Of a stretch of DNA of 60,937 nt, positions 34,257-43,366 are shown piece after piece (the first letter of the stretch is position 1; each line of letters opens with the position of its first letter). The DNA is from a virus. The notes below the pieces were generated by a model. The model was not told where the DNA came from. It did not search any database and saw nothing but the letters and a program-made list of their open reading frames with translations. The DNA is taken from the IMG/VR virus record IMGVR_UViG_3300045988_087795; one strand, written 5' to 3'. Made by a program: the position numbers and the translations under genes.

Positions 34257-37200
34257 ATGTTTAGTATTCGCAAGGCGCGGGCGCCGACGCCCCACGACTT
34301 CGTGGCAAAATCCAAGCCCAAGAAGTCGAAAGCAGGGAAAGACGCCCTTAAAAAGCTGAACGACTACCTGAACTCGGCTTCCAGTGAGCCGATGTACTTC
34401 CTTCACAACTTTTGGAAGGCCCAGAGCAACGCCATCACCTACAAAGAACTTCGTGAAGCCATTATGAACGGCTACCTTGACGAAGCGACCCTCCAAGCGT
34501 GGCAGCAAGATTACTCCCTCTTTGTGAAAAGCCACCTTGAACCCATCTGGCAGCAGGCAGCCAAAGCCGGAGCCGATGCCCTGGCGGCGTCGGCTTCCGG
34601 CGGATGGGTTTTTGACCCCATGAGCGACGCCATGACGGCCTGGATCAAAGACCACGGCGCCGAGTGGGTAACGAAAATAAACGATGAAACCCGGGATGCC
34701 ATGCGCGCCATGATCGAGGCCAGCACAAAGGGCCAGTTCACGGTGGACGAGCTTTCCCGGGCGATCCGGCCGCTTATCGGCCTGACAGAGCCCCAGGCGG
34801 CCGCAAACCTGAAATATTACGCCAGCGTTAAGAAAAGCCTCCTTGACAACGGCGTGAAAGCGGATGCGGCCACCAAGAAGGCCAGGGAGCAGGCCTATAA
34901 GTACGCCGATAAACAGCTCCGGCAGAGAGCCTATACCATTGCCATCACCGAGAACGCCGCAGCGTACTGCGCCGGGTATCGTGAGGGCGCGGCCCAAGCC
35001 CAGGCGCAAGGCTACCTTGGGAAGGGTGTGTATGTTTTTGCGACCGCCGACGATGAAGACGTCTGCCCGGTGTGCAGCGCCCTGAACGGCACCGAAACCG
35101 ACGCCGAGGGAAGTTACCACATCGGCACAACAAAAATGGCCTTCAAGATGGGCCCACACCCGCCGGTGCATCCGCGCTGCCGGTGCGCCGAATACTTCGA
35201 GGAGAAGGAACCGCCCGTCTTTCTGCCCCAGCAGCCCGCACAGGACGTTATCCAGCCATGGCCGGGTAATTTGCCAGACCCGAGCGAAAGGGCAGAGGAC
35301 GAAGGCAAGGCCTTTGTGGCGGGCAGCTTGAAAGTGCCGGATGGCATGACCTCAAACGGCCCCGTCCACCTGGGCAACACTGGCAAGATGTACGATTACA
35401 CCGACGCCAACGGCTGGGAGTGGTATTTTAAGCCTGCCCAGAGCAAGGGCGGGCAGTATGAGCCGTTCCGGGCCTATGCGCAGGAGGCGGGCTACAAGGT
35501 GCAGTCCATCGTGGACCCGGACACGGCCGTCCCGGTGGGCGTTGGCACTATTGACGGAAAGTTTGGAGCTTTCCAGGAGAAGGTAAAGACCTCCGCCGGA
35601 GGAATCGACCTTGAAGCCTGGCAGCTTGGCGCGGCTTCCGACCTTCCGCCGGAGGTGACGGCGCAGATCCAGCGCGAGCACGTCACGGACTGGCTTCTGG
35701 GCAACTTCGATGCCCACGGCGAAAACTTCCTGACAGACCAGGAGGGCCGAATCGTTGGCATTGACAAAGAGCAGGCCTTCCGCTACATGGGCGACGCCAA
35801 AAGCCATGTAATGAGCTACACATACCACCCGAACAGCGCATACGGCGAAACGGAGCCGGTCTACAACACCCTTTTCCGCCGGTTTGCGGAGGAAGATATA
35901 GATCTGAGCCTCCAAGACACTTTGCCGTATATAAAGCGGGTTGAGAGCATCCCAGATAAAGAATACCGCGAGATCTTCCGCCCCTATGCCGAGGCCCTAC
36001 ACGGCCAAGGAAAAGAGGCGGAAAAGCTGCTGGACGAGATCGTGGAGCGCAAAAGCACCCTCCGCGAAACTTACCGCACGTTTTACGAAAGCCTTCTGAC
36101 GGAACGCACCGGCACGAAGGCTTCTTTTGTTTGGGCGGACGAGGCCGCGGCCGTTGCGAAGCAGCCCCTTGCGGCCGTGCAGATCACCCCGCAGGCGGCT
36201 AAAGGCATGACCGTCCAAGACCTGAAACAGATTGCAAAGAGCCAGGGCGTTGCCTACTACAGCAAAATGAGCAAGGCCCAGCTGGTGCAGGCTGTGACGG
36301 ACCCCGTGAAAGCCGCAGAGCTTTCCCGGGAGGTAAAGGCAAAGGCCGCCGCAAATGCAGCCGCCAGAAAGGCAAAAGCCCAGTACACAGCCCCGCAGGC
36401 AACAATCCCGAAGGGCGTTAAGGGTGCCGGAGAAATCTTCTCCGACCTGTCCAAGGTGCCCACCACACAGGAAGGAATCCCCATTGCTTCCGACCGCGGC
36501 AGCGTGGAGGGCCTTGTCCTTCGCGCCCGGCGGATGAACATTGACGGCGCCGAGGTCTACGAGGTGAGCGGAAAGCTGACGCAAGGTACCTGGGCGCGGG
36601 CGTTGAAAACAATCAAGCCCAGCAGTGCAACCGAAGCGCTGGAATTTGAGGAAGCCTCCAAGACGAGCGCCTTTTTCAGTTCCAGCGGTTTGAGCCTTGG
36701 AGTAAACACGAAGTGCAGGGCTGTCCACGATGGCGAAAAGACCTTGCAGATCTACACCCACGAGGGCGGCGAATATTACTCTTGGCAGGGCTTTTTTCGG
36801 GCCCGTGTTCCGGTGACGGCAGACGGCGGCTTTGATGCCCGGGAAATGAAAAAACTGTTGAAGACGGCAGGCCTTGACGACCTGACGGAAACGCCGACAG
36901 TGGAGGCCGAAAAACGCCTTATAAAGTCCCGCCTTGTCTGGCAGAACGCCCCTTCCCGCGCCCCAGAGTATGAAAATCTGACCAGCGACGCCCTGGACAA
37001 GAAGCTGGACGAGATCCTAAAAGACCTGGGCATTGACCAGAAGCGGGTGGACGGCGTGGAGCTGCGCAAGGTATGCGACGGTTACGCCGTCTATTACGAC
37101 CCGGCGCAGGCCAAAGCCTTAAAGGCTGCGGGTGCGGATTACGTTTGGTGCGGCGTTGGAAGCGCTGACAGCGTTGTTTCTATCATTCAGAGCGGAGGCC

Positions 37201-37685
37201 TTCGCAGCACAAACCGGCGCTGCCTTTCCGGCATCAGGCTGACCGGCGCAAGCCCAAGCCAGGATATGCGCACCGGCGGCGCAGATAATGTTTTCACCAG
37301 AATTGGAGTGAAGAATGTTCACGGGAAAGTGCGATATGATAAATCTTTCTGTGGCAGCGGCTATCGCCTTATTATTGACGAAGCGGAGCTGGGCCGCACA
37401 GACTGGTACGCATATACCGGGGATAACTTCGGAACGACCCAGCCGAGCACCTTCCACAGCCGCCAAGGCTCCGAGGAGTTCGTGAGAGGACAAAAAGAGG
37501 GTTATTACCAGTCCGGCAATGAAATCATGTTCCGCCAGGGCATCCCGGCCACGTCCATACAAAAGATTCGCTGCCCGGGCGAGCGTGAGCGCGGCAGGCT
37601 GCTGCAAGCGTTCCGCAATGCGGGAATAACGGAAGTGAACGGAGTGCCCATTGAGGATTTTGTGGAGGTTGGCGATCTGCTATGA
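34257..37685 (+). CDS. Giant MuF / SPP1-gp7-type minor head protein fused to additional domains (polyvalent / polymorphic-toxin-like virion protein)
   Basis: MuF core ITENAAAYCAGY...VCPVCSALNG...HPRCRC lies in the first ~320 aa. It is followed by ~820 aa including a kinase-like DxHxxN...ID loop, a Rho_N/SAP-like motif and a distinct C-terminal domain. Confidence 0.8.
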   Translation: MFSIRKARAPTPHDFVAKSKPKKSKAGKDALKKLNDYLNSASSEPMYFLHNFWKAQSNAITYKELREAIMNGYLDEATLQAWQQDYSLFVKSHLEPIWQQAAKAGADALAASASGGWVFDPMSDAMTAWIKDHGAEWVTKINDETRDAMRAMIEASTKGQFTVDELSRAIRPLIGLTEPQAAANLKYYASVKKSLLDNGVKADAATKKAREQAYKYADKQLRQRAYTIAITENAAAYCAGYREGAAQAQAQGYLGKGVYVFATADDEDVCPVCSALNGTETDAEGSYHIGTTKMAFKMGPHPPVHPRCRCAEYFEEKEPPVFLPQQPAQDVIQPWPGNLPDPSERAEDEGKAFVAGSLKVPDGMTSNGPVHLGNTGKMYDYTDANGWEWYFKPAQSKGGQYEPFRAYAQEAGYKVQSIVDPDTAVPVGVGTIDGKFGAFQEKVKTSAGGIDLEAWQLGAASDLPPEVTAQIQREHVTDWLLGNFDAHGENFLTDQEGRIVGIDKEQAFRYMGDAKSHVMSYTYHPNSAYGETEPVYNTLFRRFAEEDIDLSLQDTLPYIKRVESIPDKEYREIFRPYAEALHGQGKEAEKLLDEIVERKSTLRETYRTFYESLLTERTGTKASFVWADEAAAVAKQPLAAVQITPQAAKGMTVQDLKQIAKSQGVAYYSKMSKAQLVQAVTDPVKAAELSREVKAKAAANAAARKAKAQYTAPQATIPKGVKGAGEIFSDLSKVPTTQEGIPIASDRGSVEGLVLRARRMNIDGAEVYEVSGKLTQGTWARALKTIKPSSATEALEFEEASKTSAFFSSSGLSLGVNTKCRAVHDGEKTLQIYTHEGGEYYSWQGFFRARVPVTADGGFDAREMKKLLKTAGLDDLTETPTVEAEKRLIKSRLVWQNAPSRAPEYENLTSDALDKKLDEILKDLGIDQKRVDGVELRKVCDGYAVYYDPAQAKALKAAGADYVWCGVGSADSVVSIIQSGGLRSTNRRCLSGIRLTGASPSQDMRTGGADNVFTRIGVKNVHGKVRYDKSFCGSGYRLIIDEAELGRTDWYAYTGDNFGTTQPSTFHSRQGSEEFVRGQKEGYYQSGNEIMFRQGIPATSIQKIRCPGERERGRLLQAFRNAGITEVNGVPIEDFVEVGDLL

Positions 37686-38050
37686 ATAGACGGCTTGTTT
37701 ACACCATCAAGCGCCCGGGCGACAAGAAGCCCACCGGCCTTGCCCTGAACTGCCACCTTTGGCACGGGGCCTTCCGCTACTTCGACATGGAGCACGGCCA
37801 CGAGATCCCCGGCAAGGTGACGGAGGACGGAGAGGACGCCTTCACGTTTACTTCGGAGGGCTACGCGCCCGGAGCCTGGCGGTTTGAAAAGCTGACCATT
37901 GAGCGCTTCCGGCGCGAAACATACAAAATCGTGGAAGGCGGCAACTACATTGCCCAGGTGATCCGCAGCACGGTGGACCTTCACGAATGGTATCGCAAGA
38001 GGTATGGCGAGGCCGCCGGGCTTTGCTATCCCCGCATAAATTCCGAATAG
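37682..38050 (+). CDS. Small protein coupled to the MuF fusion (candidate immunity protein)
   Basis: ATGA overlap with the MuF stop. 122 aa. Inserted between MuF and the head protease gene. Confidence 0.5.
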   Translation: MNRRLVYTIKRPGDKKPTGLALNCHLWHGAFRYFDMEHGHEIPGKVTEDGEDAFTFTSEGYAPGAWRFEKLTIERFRRETYKIVEGGNYIAQVIRSTVDLHEWYRKRYGEAAGLCYPRINSE

Positions 38051-38140
38051 TTCATTCAAAATTCCGAATTGTTTACGCTTAAAATTCGGAATACGCTGAA
38101 ATTTACGCTGATTTTTGCAAAAATCCTGCAAATTCAGCGA
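38038..38140. promoter_or_regulatory. AT-rich structured intergenic region
   Basis: aaattccgaat occurs twice. Hairpin attccgaatt (38061..38070) / aattcggaat (38083..38092). tacgctga occurs twice. Perfect 16-bp palindrome gatttttgcaaaaatc (38110..38125). Confidence 0.6.
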
Positions 38141-38154
38141 ATAAGGAGAAAGCC

Positions 38155-38631
38155 ATGGTTACTTTTAACGAAGCACTCACCGGCAAGAAGCCACCCGGCA
38201 AAGAGCCGAACGGCCGCATTGCTGGCACCTTCAAGATCCAGAAATCCGTTGACGAAAAGCGCCTGGCCTTTGGCTGGGCCAGCGTGGCAGCCACGGCCGC
38301 GGGCGATACCGTGACGGACTACTACGAGGACATCATCGAGCCCGACGAGCTGGAACAGGCTGCCTATAACTTTGCACAGTTCTACCGCGAGGGCGGCGAA
38401 ATGCACGAGCGCGGCGGCTGTGCCGTCCTGGTGGAGAGCGTAATTTTCACCAAGGAAAAAATGGCCGCTATGGGCATCCCGGAGGGCGTTGTCCCGGAAG
38501 GCTGGTGGATCGGCTTTAAGGTGACGGACGATGAGGTTTGGGAGAAGGTCAAAGACGGCACCTATCCCATGTTTTCCATTGAGGGCGAGGCCGTCCGCGA
38601 GGAAGTGGACGACGAGGAGCCCGAGAACTAA
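38155..38631 (+). CDS. XkdF-like putative head protease
   Basis: aaggag RBS. Pattern DYYEDIIEPDELEQAAYNF...GEMHERGG..LVESVIF. Confidence 0.65.
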   Translation: MVTFNEALTGKKPPGKEPNGRIAGTFKIQKSVDEKRLAFGWASVAATAAGDTVTDYYEDIIEPDELEQAAYNFAQFYREGGEMHERGGCAVLVESVIFTKEKMAAMGIPEGVVPEGWWIGFKVTDDEVWEKVKDGTYPMFSIEGEAVREEVDDEEPEN

Positions 38632-38646
38632 ATACCGATAAACCAA

Positions 38647-38677
38647 AGCCTCGGCACCCGCCGGGGCTTTGTTGTTT
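38647..38677 (+). terminator. Internal (probably partial) terminator
   Basis: agcctcgg-cacccg-ccggggct followed by ttgttgttt. Confidence 0.5.
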
Positions 38678-38710
38678 ATAAAAAATCTTCAAAGAAAGGA
38701 GGAAACGCAA

Positions 38711-39988
38711 ATGGCCACCAAACTTAAAAACCTGAAAATCAAGAAAGTGGACTTCGTGGACAACGGCGCGAACCCTGGCGCGAGTATTGCCCTGTACAAG
38801 AGCAAGCCTGCGGAAGGGGAAACGCCTGCTGTGCAGCCCAAGGAGGACACCCCGCCCGAGGAATCTATTTTGAAGCGGATTGTTCACGCCATTGCCAAGA
38901 GTATCGGCGCCACCGATGCGCAGGCAGCTGCGGCCGTTGAGGAAGTTTCCAAGAACACGGACGTCCCCACCTTTGGCGACGCTATGGCCCGCCGCCGGAT
39001 GCGCCAGACCACGGAAGAAATCTGGGATTACTGTTACGCCCTGAATGACAGCCTGTGCGGCATTGTGGCAAATGCCGACATTACAGCCGAGGACAAAAAG
39101 GCCCTCATGGCCCAGAGCTGCGCAGAGTTCGCAGCGGCGACCGAAGCGGCAATCCCGAAATGGTCCGGCGGTATTCCCGTGAAGTTGGAAAAGGCAGCCC
39201 CCGCGCCTCTGACACCCGACAGAATCGAGAACGCCAAAGCAGCCCGCGCCCGTCTGGACGAGATGATCTCCAAGGCGGAGCCGAAGCCCACGACCGAAGA
39301 TACACCGCCGGAGCCCCCGAAAGAGGGCACCGACCCGACGCCTCCCGCTGAACCGCAGCAGGAGGAAGAACCCGTGCAGAAAGGAGCATTTGACATGGAA
39401 ATCGACAAGAGCAAGCTGTCCCCCGAGGAAGTGGCGCAGCTGGAAGCAATCGAGAAGAAGGCCGGTATTCCGGCCCAGGCAGCGCCCGCCACGCCCGCAG
39501 GCGTTGAGAAGTCCGCCCCTGCCACCCCCGCAGATAACACCGCGGGCGGCGAGGAGGATATTTACAAGGGCATCCATCCCGAAGTGGCAAAGGAGATCGC
39601 AGAGCTGCGCAAGTTCCGCCAGGATGCGGAAAACCGCGAGCTGCTGACCGTTGCCAAGAAGTACGAGCTTCTGGGCAAGAAGCCCGAGGAGCTTGTCCCC
39701 GTGCTGAAATCCCTGAAAGACGCAGGCGGCACCGCCTACAACGACATGATCGGCGTCCTGGACGCAAACCTGGAAGCTGTGCAGAAGTCCGGCGCATTTT
39801 CCGAGATTGGCAAGCGCGGCGGCGACCACAGCCACGCCACGACCGGCGCAGACGACGCATGGAGCCAGATCGAGAAGCGGGCCGAAGAGATCCGCAAGTC
39901 TGCCCCCACCATGGGCTATTACGAGGCCATCGACCAGGCTTGCCAGCAGAACCCCGAGCTTGTCCATGAGTACGAGAACGACCGCTAA
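38711..39988 (+). CDS. Scaffolding protein (putative)
   Basis: aaggagg RBS. N-terminal KIKKVDFVDNGANPGASIALYK, then an acidic, Pro/Ala-rich and coiled middle. Upstream of the capsid gene. Confidence 0.6.
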   Translation: MATKLKNLKIKKVDFVDNGANPGASIALYKSKPAEGETPAVQPKEDTPPEESILKRIVHAIAKSIGATDAQAAAAVEEVSKNTDVPTFGDAMARRRMRQTTEEIWDYCYALNDSLCGIVANADITAEDKKALMAQSCAEFAAATEAAIPKWSGGIPVKLEKAAPAPLTPDRIENAKAARARLDEMISKAEPKPTTEDTPPEPPKEGTDPTPPAEPQQEEEPVQKGAFDMEIDKSKLSPEEVAQLEAIEKKAGIPAQAAPATPAGVEKSAPATPADNTAGGEEDIYKGIHPEVAKEIAELRKFRQDAENRELLTVAKKYELLGKKPEELVPVLKSLKDAGGTAYNDMIGVLDANLEAVQKSGAFSEIGKRGGDHSHATTGADDAWSQIEKRAEEIRKSAPTMGYYEAIDQACQQNPELVHEYENDR

Positions 39989-40006
39989 AGAGAGGAGGAA
40001 AAGAAT

Positions 40007-40405
40007 ATGAGCATGATCGGTACTGCAACCAATTCCAGCCCGTACCTGGCCGCGCCTGCTGCTGCGACCATCGAGAACGGCAAGAATCACTTCGTCACCC
40101 TGGGCGAGAACGGCGTTTCCCTGGCTACCGAGGGCGCCGCCGCTGCGGGCATCCTGCTGCCTGACACCGAGGACAAGGTGGCGGCAGGCGAGAGCGTGAC
40201 CGTGCAGATCAAGGACCGCACCCTGGTCCAGGTTGGCGCGGCCGTTACTGCTGGCGACCCGCTGGCAAGTGACGCCAACGGCTGCGCCGTGAAGGCTGCG
40301 GCGGAAAAGTTCATCGTTGGCTATGCCATGGAGAGCGCGACCGCCGCGGACCAGATTATCCACATCCAGATCACCAAGAGCGGCTTTGTGCCGAAGGCGG
40401 GCTAA
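40007..40405 (+). CDS. DUF2190-like head decoration protein
   Basis: Gly/Ala-rich beta-type sequence, AAGESVTVQI...VTAGDPLASDANG. Position just before the capsid gene. Confidence 0.55.
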   Translation: MSMIGTATNSSPYLAAPAAATIENGKNHFVTLGENGVSLATEGAAAAGILLPDTEDKVAAGESVTVQIKDRTLVQVGAAVTAGDPLASDANGCAVKAAAEKFIVGYAMESATAADQIIHIQITKSGFVPKAG

Positions 40406-40423
40406 AGGAAGGAGAGATAAACA

Positions 40424-41452
40424 ATGAGCAACACCAAAAACACCACCGCTGGCATTGCGGCCGAGATCGCAAAAGGCTGGCAGCCCAACAACTACCTGAC
40501 CAATATGTCCATGGCTTACTTCCAGAAGCCGGAGGACTATGTGGCACACAGCATTTTCCCGGTCTGCCCGGTGCAGCTGTCCGCTTCCTACTACTACACG
40601 TTCAGCAAGGAAGATCTGGCCCGTGACAACGTACAGCCCAAGCCCGCCTTCGGCAAGGTTGACCCCGCTGTGATGGGCCAGGACGACAACACCTACAAGT
40701 GCCACGTTGACCAGATCATCCTTGGCATTGACCAGATCGCCGCCCTGAACTACCAGCGCAGCCGTGCCCCCGGCGTGAACGACCCCCGCCGCGCCAAGGT
40801 CCGCACCGCCACTGAACAGATGCTTCTCCACCAGGACATTCTTTTCGCAAAGAACTTTTTCCATGCTGGCGTCTGGGCAAACGAGCTGACCGGCACCACC
40901 AACGGCAGCGGCTCTAAGGAGTTCGTGAAGTTCAACGACACTTCTTTTGACCCCATCGGCTTCTTCGACGACCTGCGCACCGAGATCAAGCGCCAGGGCC
41001 GCCGTACCCCGAACCGCCTGGCGCTGGGCATCCAGGCTTACAACGCCCTGAAAAACAACCCCTTCGTCAAGGAGAGCGTGAAGTACACCGGCACCACCGC
41101 GAACCCCGCCATCGTTACGCCCAACGTGCTGGCGCAGCTTTTCGGCGTTGAGCAGGTGAAGGTCCTGGAATCTACCTACAACTCCGCAGGCCTGGGCCAG
41201 AAGGAGAGCATGGAGTTCATTTGCGACCCCAAGGCTGCACTTCTGTGCTACGCCACCCCGACCCCGCAGATCGACGAGCCTTCCGCAGGCTACATTTTCA
41301 CCTGGGATATGCTGGGCAACGGCGCTTCTGTCGCCTTTGACCAGTACGAGGGTGAAAACGGCACCCATGCGGAGTTTATCGAAGGCCTGTGCGCTTCCGA
41401 CATGAAGAAGACTTCTGACGACCTGGCAATCTTCCTGAAAGAGTGCGTCTAA
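40424..41452 (+). CDS. Major capsid protein (lambda gpE-like family)
   Basis: Size, position and strong RBS. N-terminal YFQKPEDYVAHSIFPVCPV pattern. Confidence 0.75.
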   Translation: MSNTKNTTAGIAAEIAKGWQPNNYLTNMSMAYFQKPEDYVAHSIFPVCPVQLSASYYYTFSKEDLARDNVQPKPAFGKVDPAVMGQDDNTYKCHVDQIILGIDQIAALNYQRSRAPGVNDPRRAKVRTATEQMLLHQDILFAKNFFHAGVWANELTGTTNGSGSKEFVKFNDTSFDPIGFFDDLRTEIKRQGRRTPNRLALGIQAYNALKNNPFVKESVKYTGTTANPAIVTPNVLAQLFGVEQVKVLESTYNSAGLGQKESMEFICDPKAALLCYATPTPQIDEPSAGYIFTWDMLGNGASVAFDQYEGENGTHAEFIEGLCASDMKKTSDDLAIFLKECV

Positions 41453-41462
41453 GGAGGCTGCC

Positions 41463-41891
41463 ATGAAGTACACCTGTCTGAAAATGGCGACCTTTGGCGG
41501 CGTGAAGTACCGCCCGGGCGACGTTGTGGAGGCTGAAATGATCCAGCCCGGCCGCGCAAGGGCAATGCAGGACATGGGCATTATTGCCGAGTGCCAGGAG
41601 CTCGAAGTGGGCAAAGTTGAAGCGCTGACCCTCCCCATCACTGCGGAGGGCGGCGTGGTAGAGCTTGACGCCACCCCGGACGCCGTTGTCCAGGCTGTGT
41701 GCATTTTGCAGCAGCGGGCCGAGGACGCCGTGGCGACCATTTCCGAGGTTGAGGACCAGAGCGTCCTTATCCTGGTGAACGCCTGCGACAGCCGCAAGAG
41801 CGTCAAGGCGGCCGCCAAGGAACGCGGCGTATTCCTGGAAGACGAGGCCGCGCAGGAGGCTCCGGAGGGCGGCTCCGAGGGGGTGAGCTGA
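41463..41891 (+). CDS. Hypothetical head-associated protein
   Basis: Operon position. Confidence 0.5.
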   Translation: MKYTCLKMATFGGVKYRPGDVVEAEMIQPGRARAMQDMGIIAECQELEVGKVEALTLPITAEGGVVELDATPDAVVQAVCILQQRAEDAVATISEVEDQSVLILVNACDSRKSVKAAAKERGVFLEDEAAQEAPEGGSEGVS

Positions 41892-42317
41892 TTGGCACAG
41901 CTCACATACACCTACGATGCGGGCAAAATCGCTGAACACGGCCTTGACCAGATGCGTTTCGAGCTGGGGGACACGATGGTGGAGGGCGGCGTGGAAACCT
42001 GTGCGTTGAGCGACCAGGAATATAAAGCCGTCATTGAAGCCTATCCCCACTGGAAGCGCGCAAAGCTGGCCTGCGTGGAAAGCATCCTGCGCCGCTTTTC
42101 CTATGAGGTGGACACCAAAGTCGGCGAGCTGAATCTTTCGTTGAGCGACCGCCTGGACTACTGGAAGAAGCTCTATTCTGACTTAAAGGCAGATGTGAAC
42201 GCTTCCGCCCCGGTAGCAAACCCGGCAGCCATCGGCGGCCAGCATTATTTCTATGCTGGTATGATGGAAAACCACGGGACCGGCGGCAGAGGAGGCGGCG
42301 GCCATGCATTACCTTAG
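41892..42317 (+). CDS. Head-tail connector-like protein (TTG start)
   Basis: Position. Starts immediately after the upstream stop. Confidence 0.45.
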   Translation: MAQLTYTYDAGKIAEHGLDQMRFELGDTMVEGGVETCALSDQEYKAVIEAYPHWKRAKLACVESILRRFSYEVDTKVGELNLSLSDRLDYWKKLYSDLKADVNASAPVANPAAIGGQHYFYAGMMENHGTGGRGGGGHALP

Positions 42318-42654
42318 ACCTGGGAACCTTTACGAGGACTTCGTGATCGAGCCGCTTATGGCGGAAAAGAGCACGACCGGGCGGGCAGCTACAAAGTACG
42401 ACACGGAGAGCCGCCAGCTTCTCCGCGGCGTTCTTTCGGACGCTTCCCCGGAGGTAATCGAGAGATTCAGCCAGAACGCGCACCCGGTGACACACCAGAT
42501 CGTGCAGCGCGGCAAGCCGAAGGCCAAAGACGGCGACCGACTTATTTTGGAAAACCGGGCGTACTACGTTGAAGGCGTGGACCCGCTGGGAAACCTGGGC
42601 CTTTATACGCTCTATTATGTTCAGCAGAGGGAGGACGCGCACAATGGAAATTGA
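42304..42654 (+). CDS. Head-tail adaptor / head-closure protein
   Basis: Pattern HQIVQRGKPKAKDGDRLILENRAYYVEGVD. Confidence 0.5.
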   Translation: MHYLRPGNLYEDFVIEPLMAEKSTTGRAATKYDTESRQLLRGVLSDASPEVIERFSQNAHPVTHQIVQRGKPKAKDGDRLILENRAYYVEGVDPLGNLGLYTLYYVQQREDAHNGN

Positions 42655-43069
42655 TATTTCTGGTGCTGTCCAAGGCTTTGTGCAGGACATAGAAAAACAG
42701 GTGGCGAGCCGTGCCGAACGCGCCGCACACGTTATTCGGAAGCACGAACTTAGTGTGCTGTCGAACAACCCGAAGCGCAGCGGCAAGGTGTACCGCAAGC
42801 CTGCGAGCAACAAGACCTATACGGCATCCGCCCCCGGTGAGCCGCCTGCCCTTCGCACCGGCGACCTCCGCCGGAGCTTCCGGCCGCTTGCCAAAAGCGA
42901 AATCGTCCAGAGCGCCAAGCACTACACACCCGGCATCCGCACAGATGTGAAGTATGCGCCGTTCCTGGAAGATGGAACCAGCAAAATTTCCCCGCGCCCC
43001 TATGCGGAGGAGATCAAGCAGAAGGCCTTCCCCGAGGTGAAGGCTATTTTTGAAGAAAAATACACCTAA
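42644..43069 (+). CDS. HK97-gp10-like neck/tail component
   Basis: SAPGEPPALRTGDLRRS and VKYAPFLEDGT. Confidence 0.65.
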   Translation: MEIDISGAVQGFVQDIEKQVASRAERAAHVIRKHELSVLSNNPKRSGKVYRKPASNKTYTASAPGEPPALRTGDLRRSFRPLAKSEIVQSAKHYTPGIRTDVKYAPFLEDGTSKISPRPYAEEIKQKAFPEVKAIFEEKYT

Positions 43070-43084
43070 GAGGAGGGCGAGCCC

Positions 43085-43366
43085 ATGGGCCTTATGAAAG
43101 AAACCACATCCGCGGCGATTGATACAACCGCCATCCACCCCGGCGACCTGATCCGCGCCAAGTATGCAGACTGGAACGAGGCAAAGAACGGCATTGTTAC
43201 CGCCGTGACCGGCGGGGAAATCCGCTGCCTTTATTTTCCGGGTATTCGGAACGTGTGCAACTACTTTCTGATCGCGGCAGACGAGGTCACGGAAGGGCTT
43301 TGGGAAGTTTCCTGGAGCTCCGACATGAAGACCATCCAGACCGAGGGAGAACAGCATGACGCTTGA
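43085..43366 (+). CDS. Hypothetical protein
   Basis: Operon position. Confidence 0.5.
   Translation: MGLMKETTSAAIDTTAIHPGDLIRAKYADWNEAKNGIVTAVTGGEIRCLYFPGIRNVCNYFLIAADEVTEGLWEVSWSSDMKTIQTEGEQHDA

Noticed and set aside
38549-41911. Very long minus-strand ORFs (for example 38549..41911 at 1120 aa, 47721..50405, 55580..57604, 17101..19134, 14507..16441, 44428..46371, 10482..11999)
   Set aside because: They lie antisense to well-supported plus-strand genes and translate to Gly/Arg/Ala/Leu-rich low-complexity sequence with no motifs. Long stop-free antisense frames are expected in GC-rich DNA.
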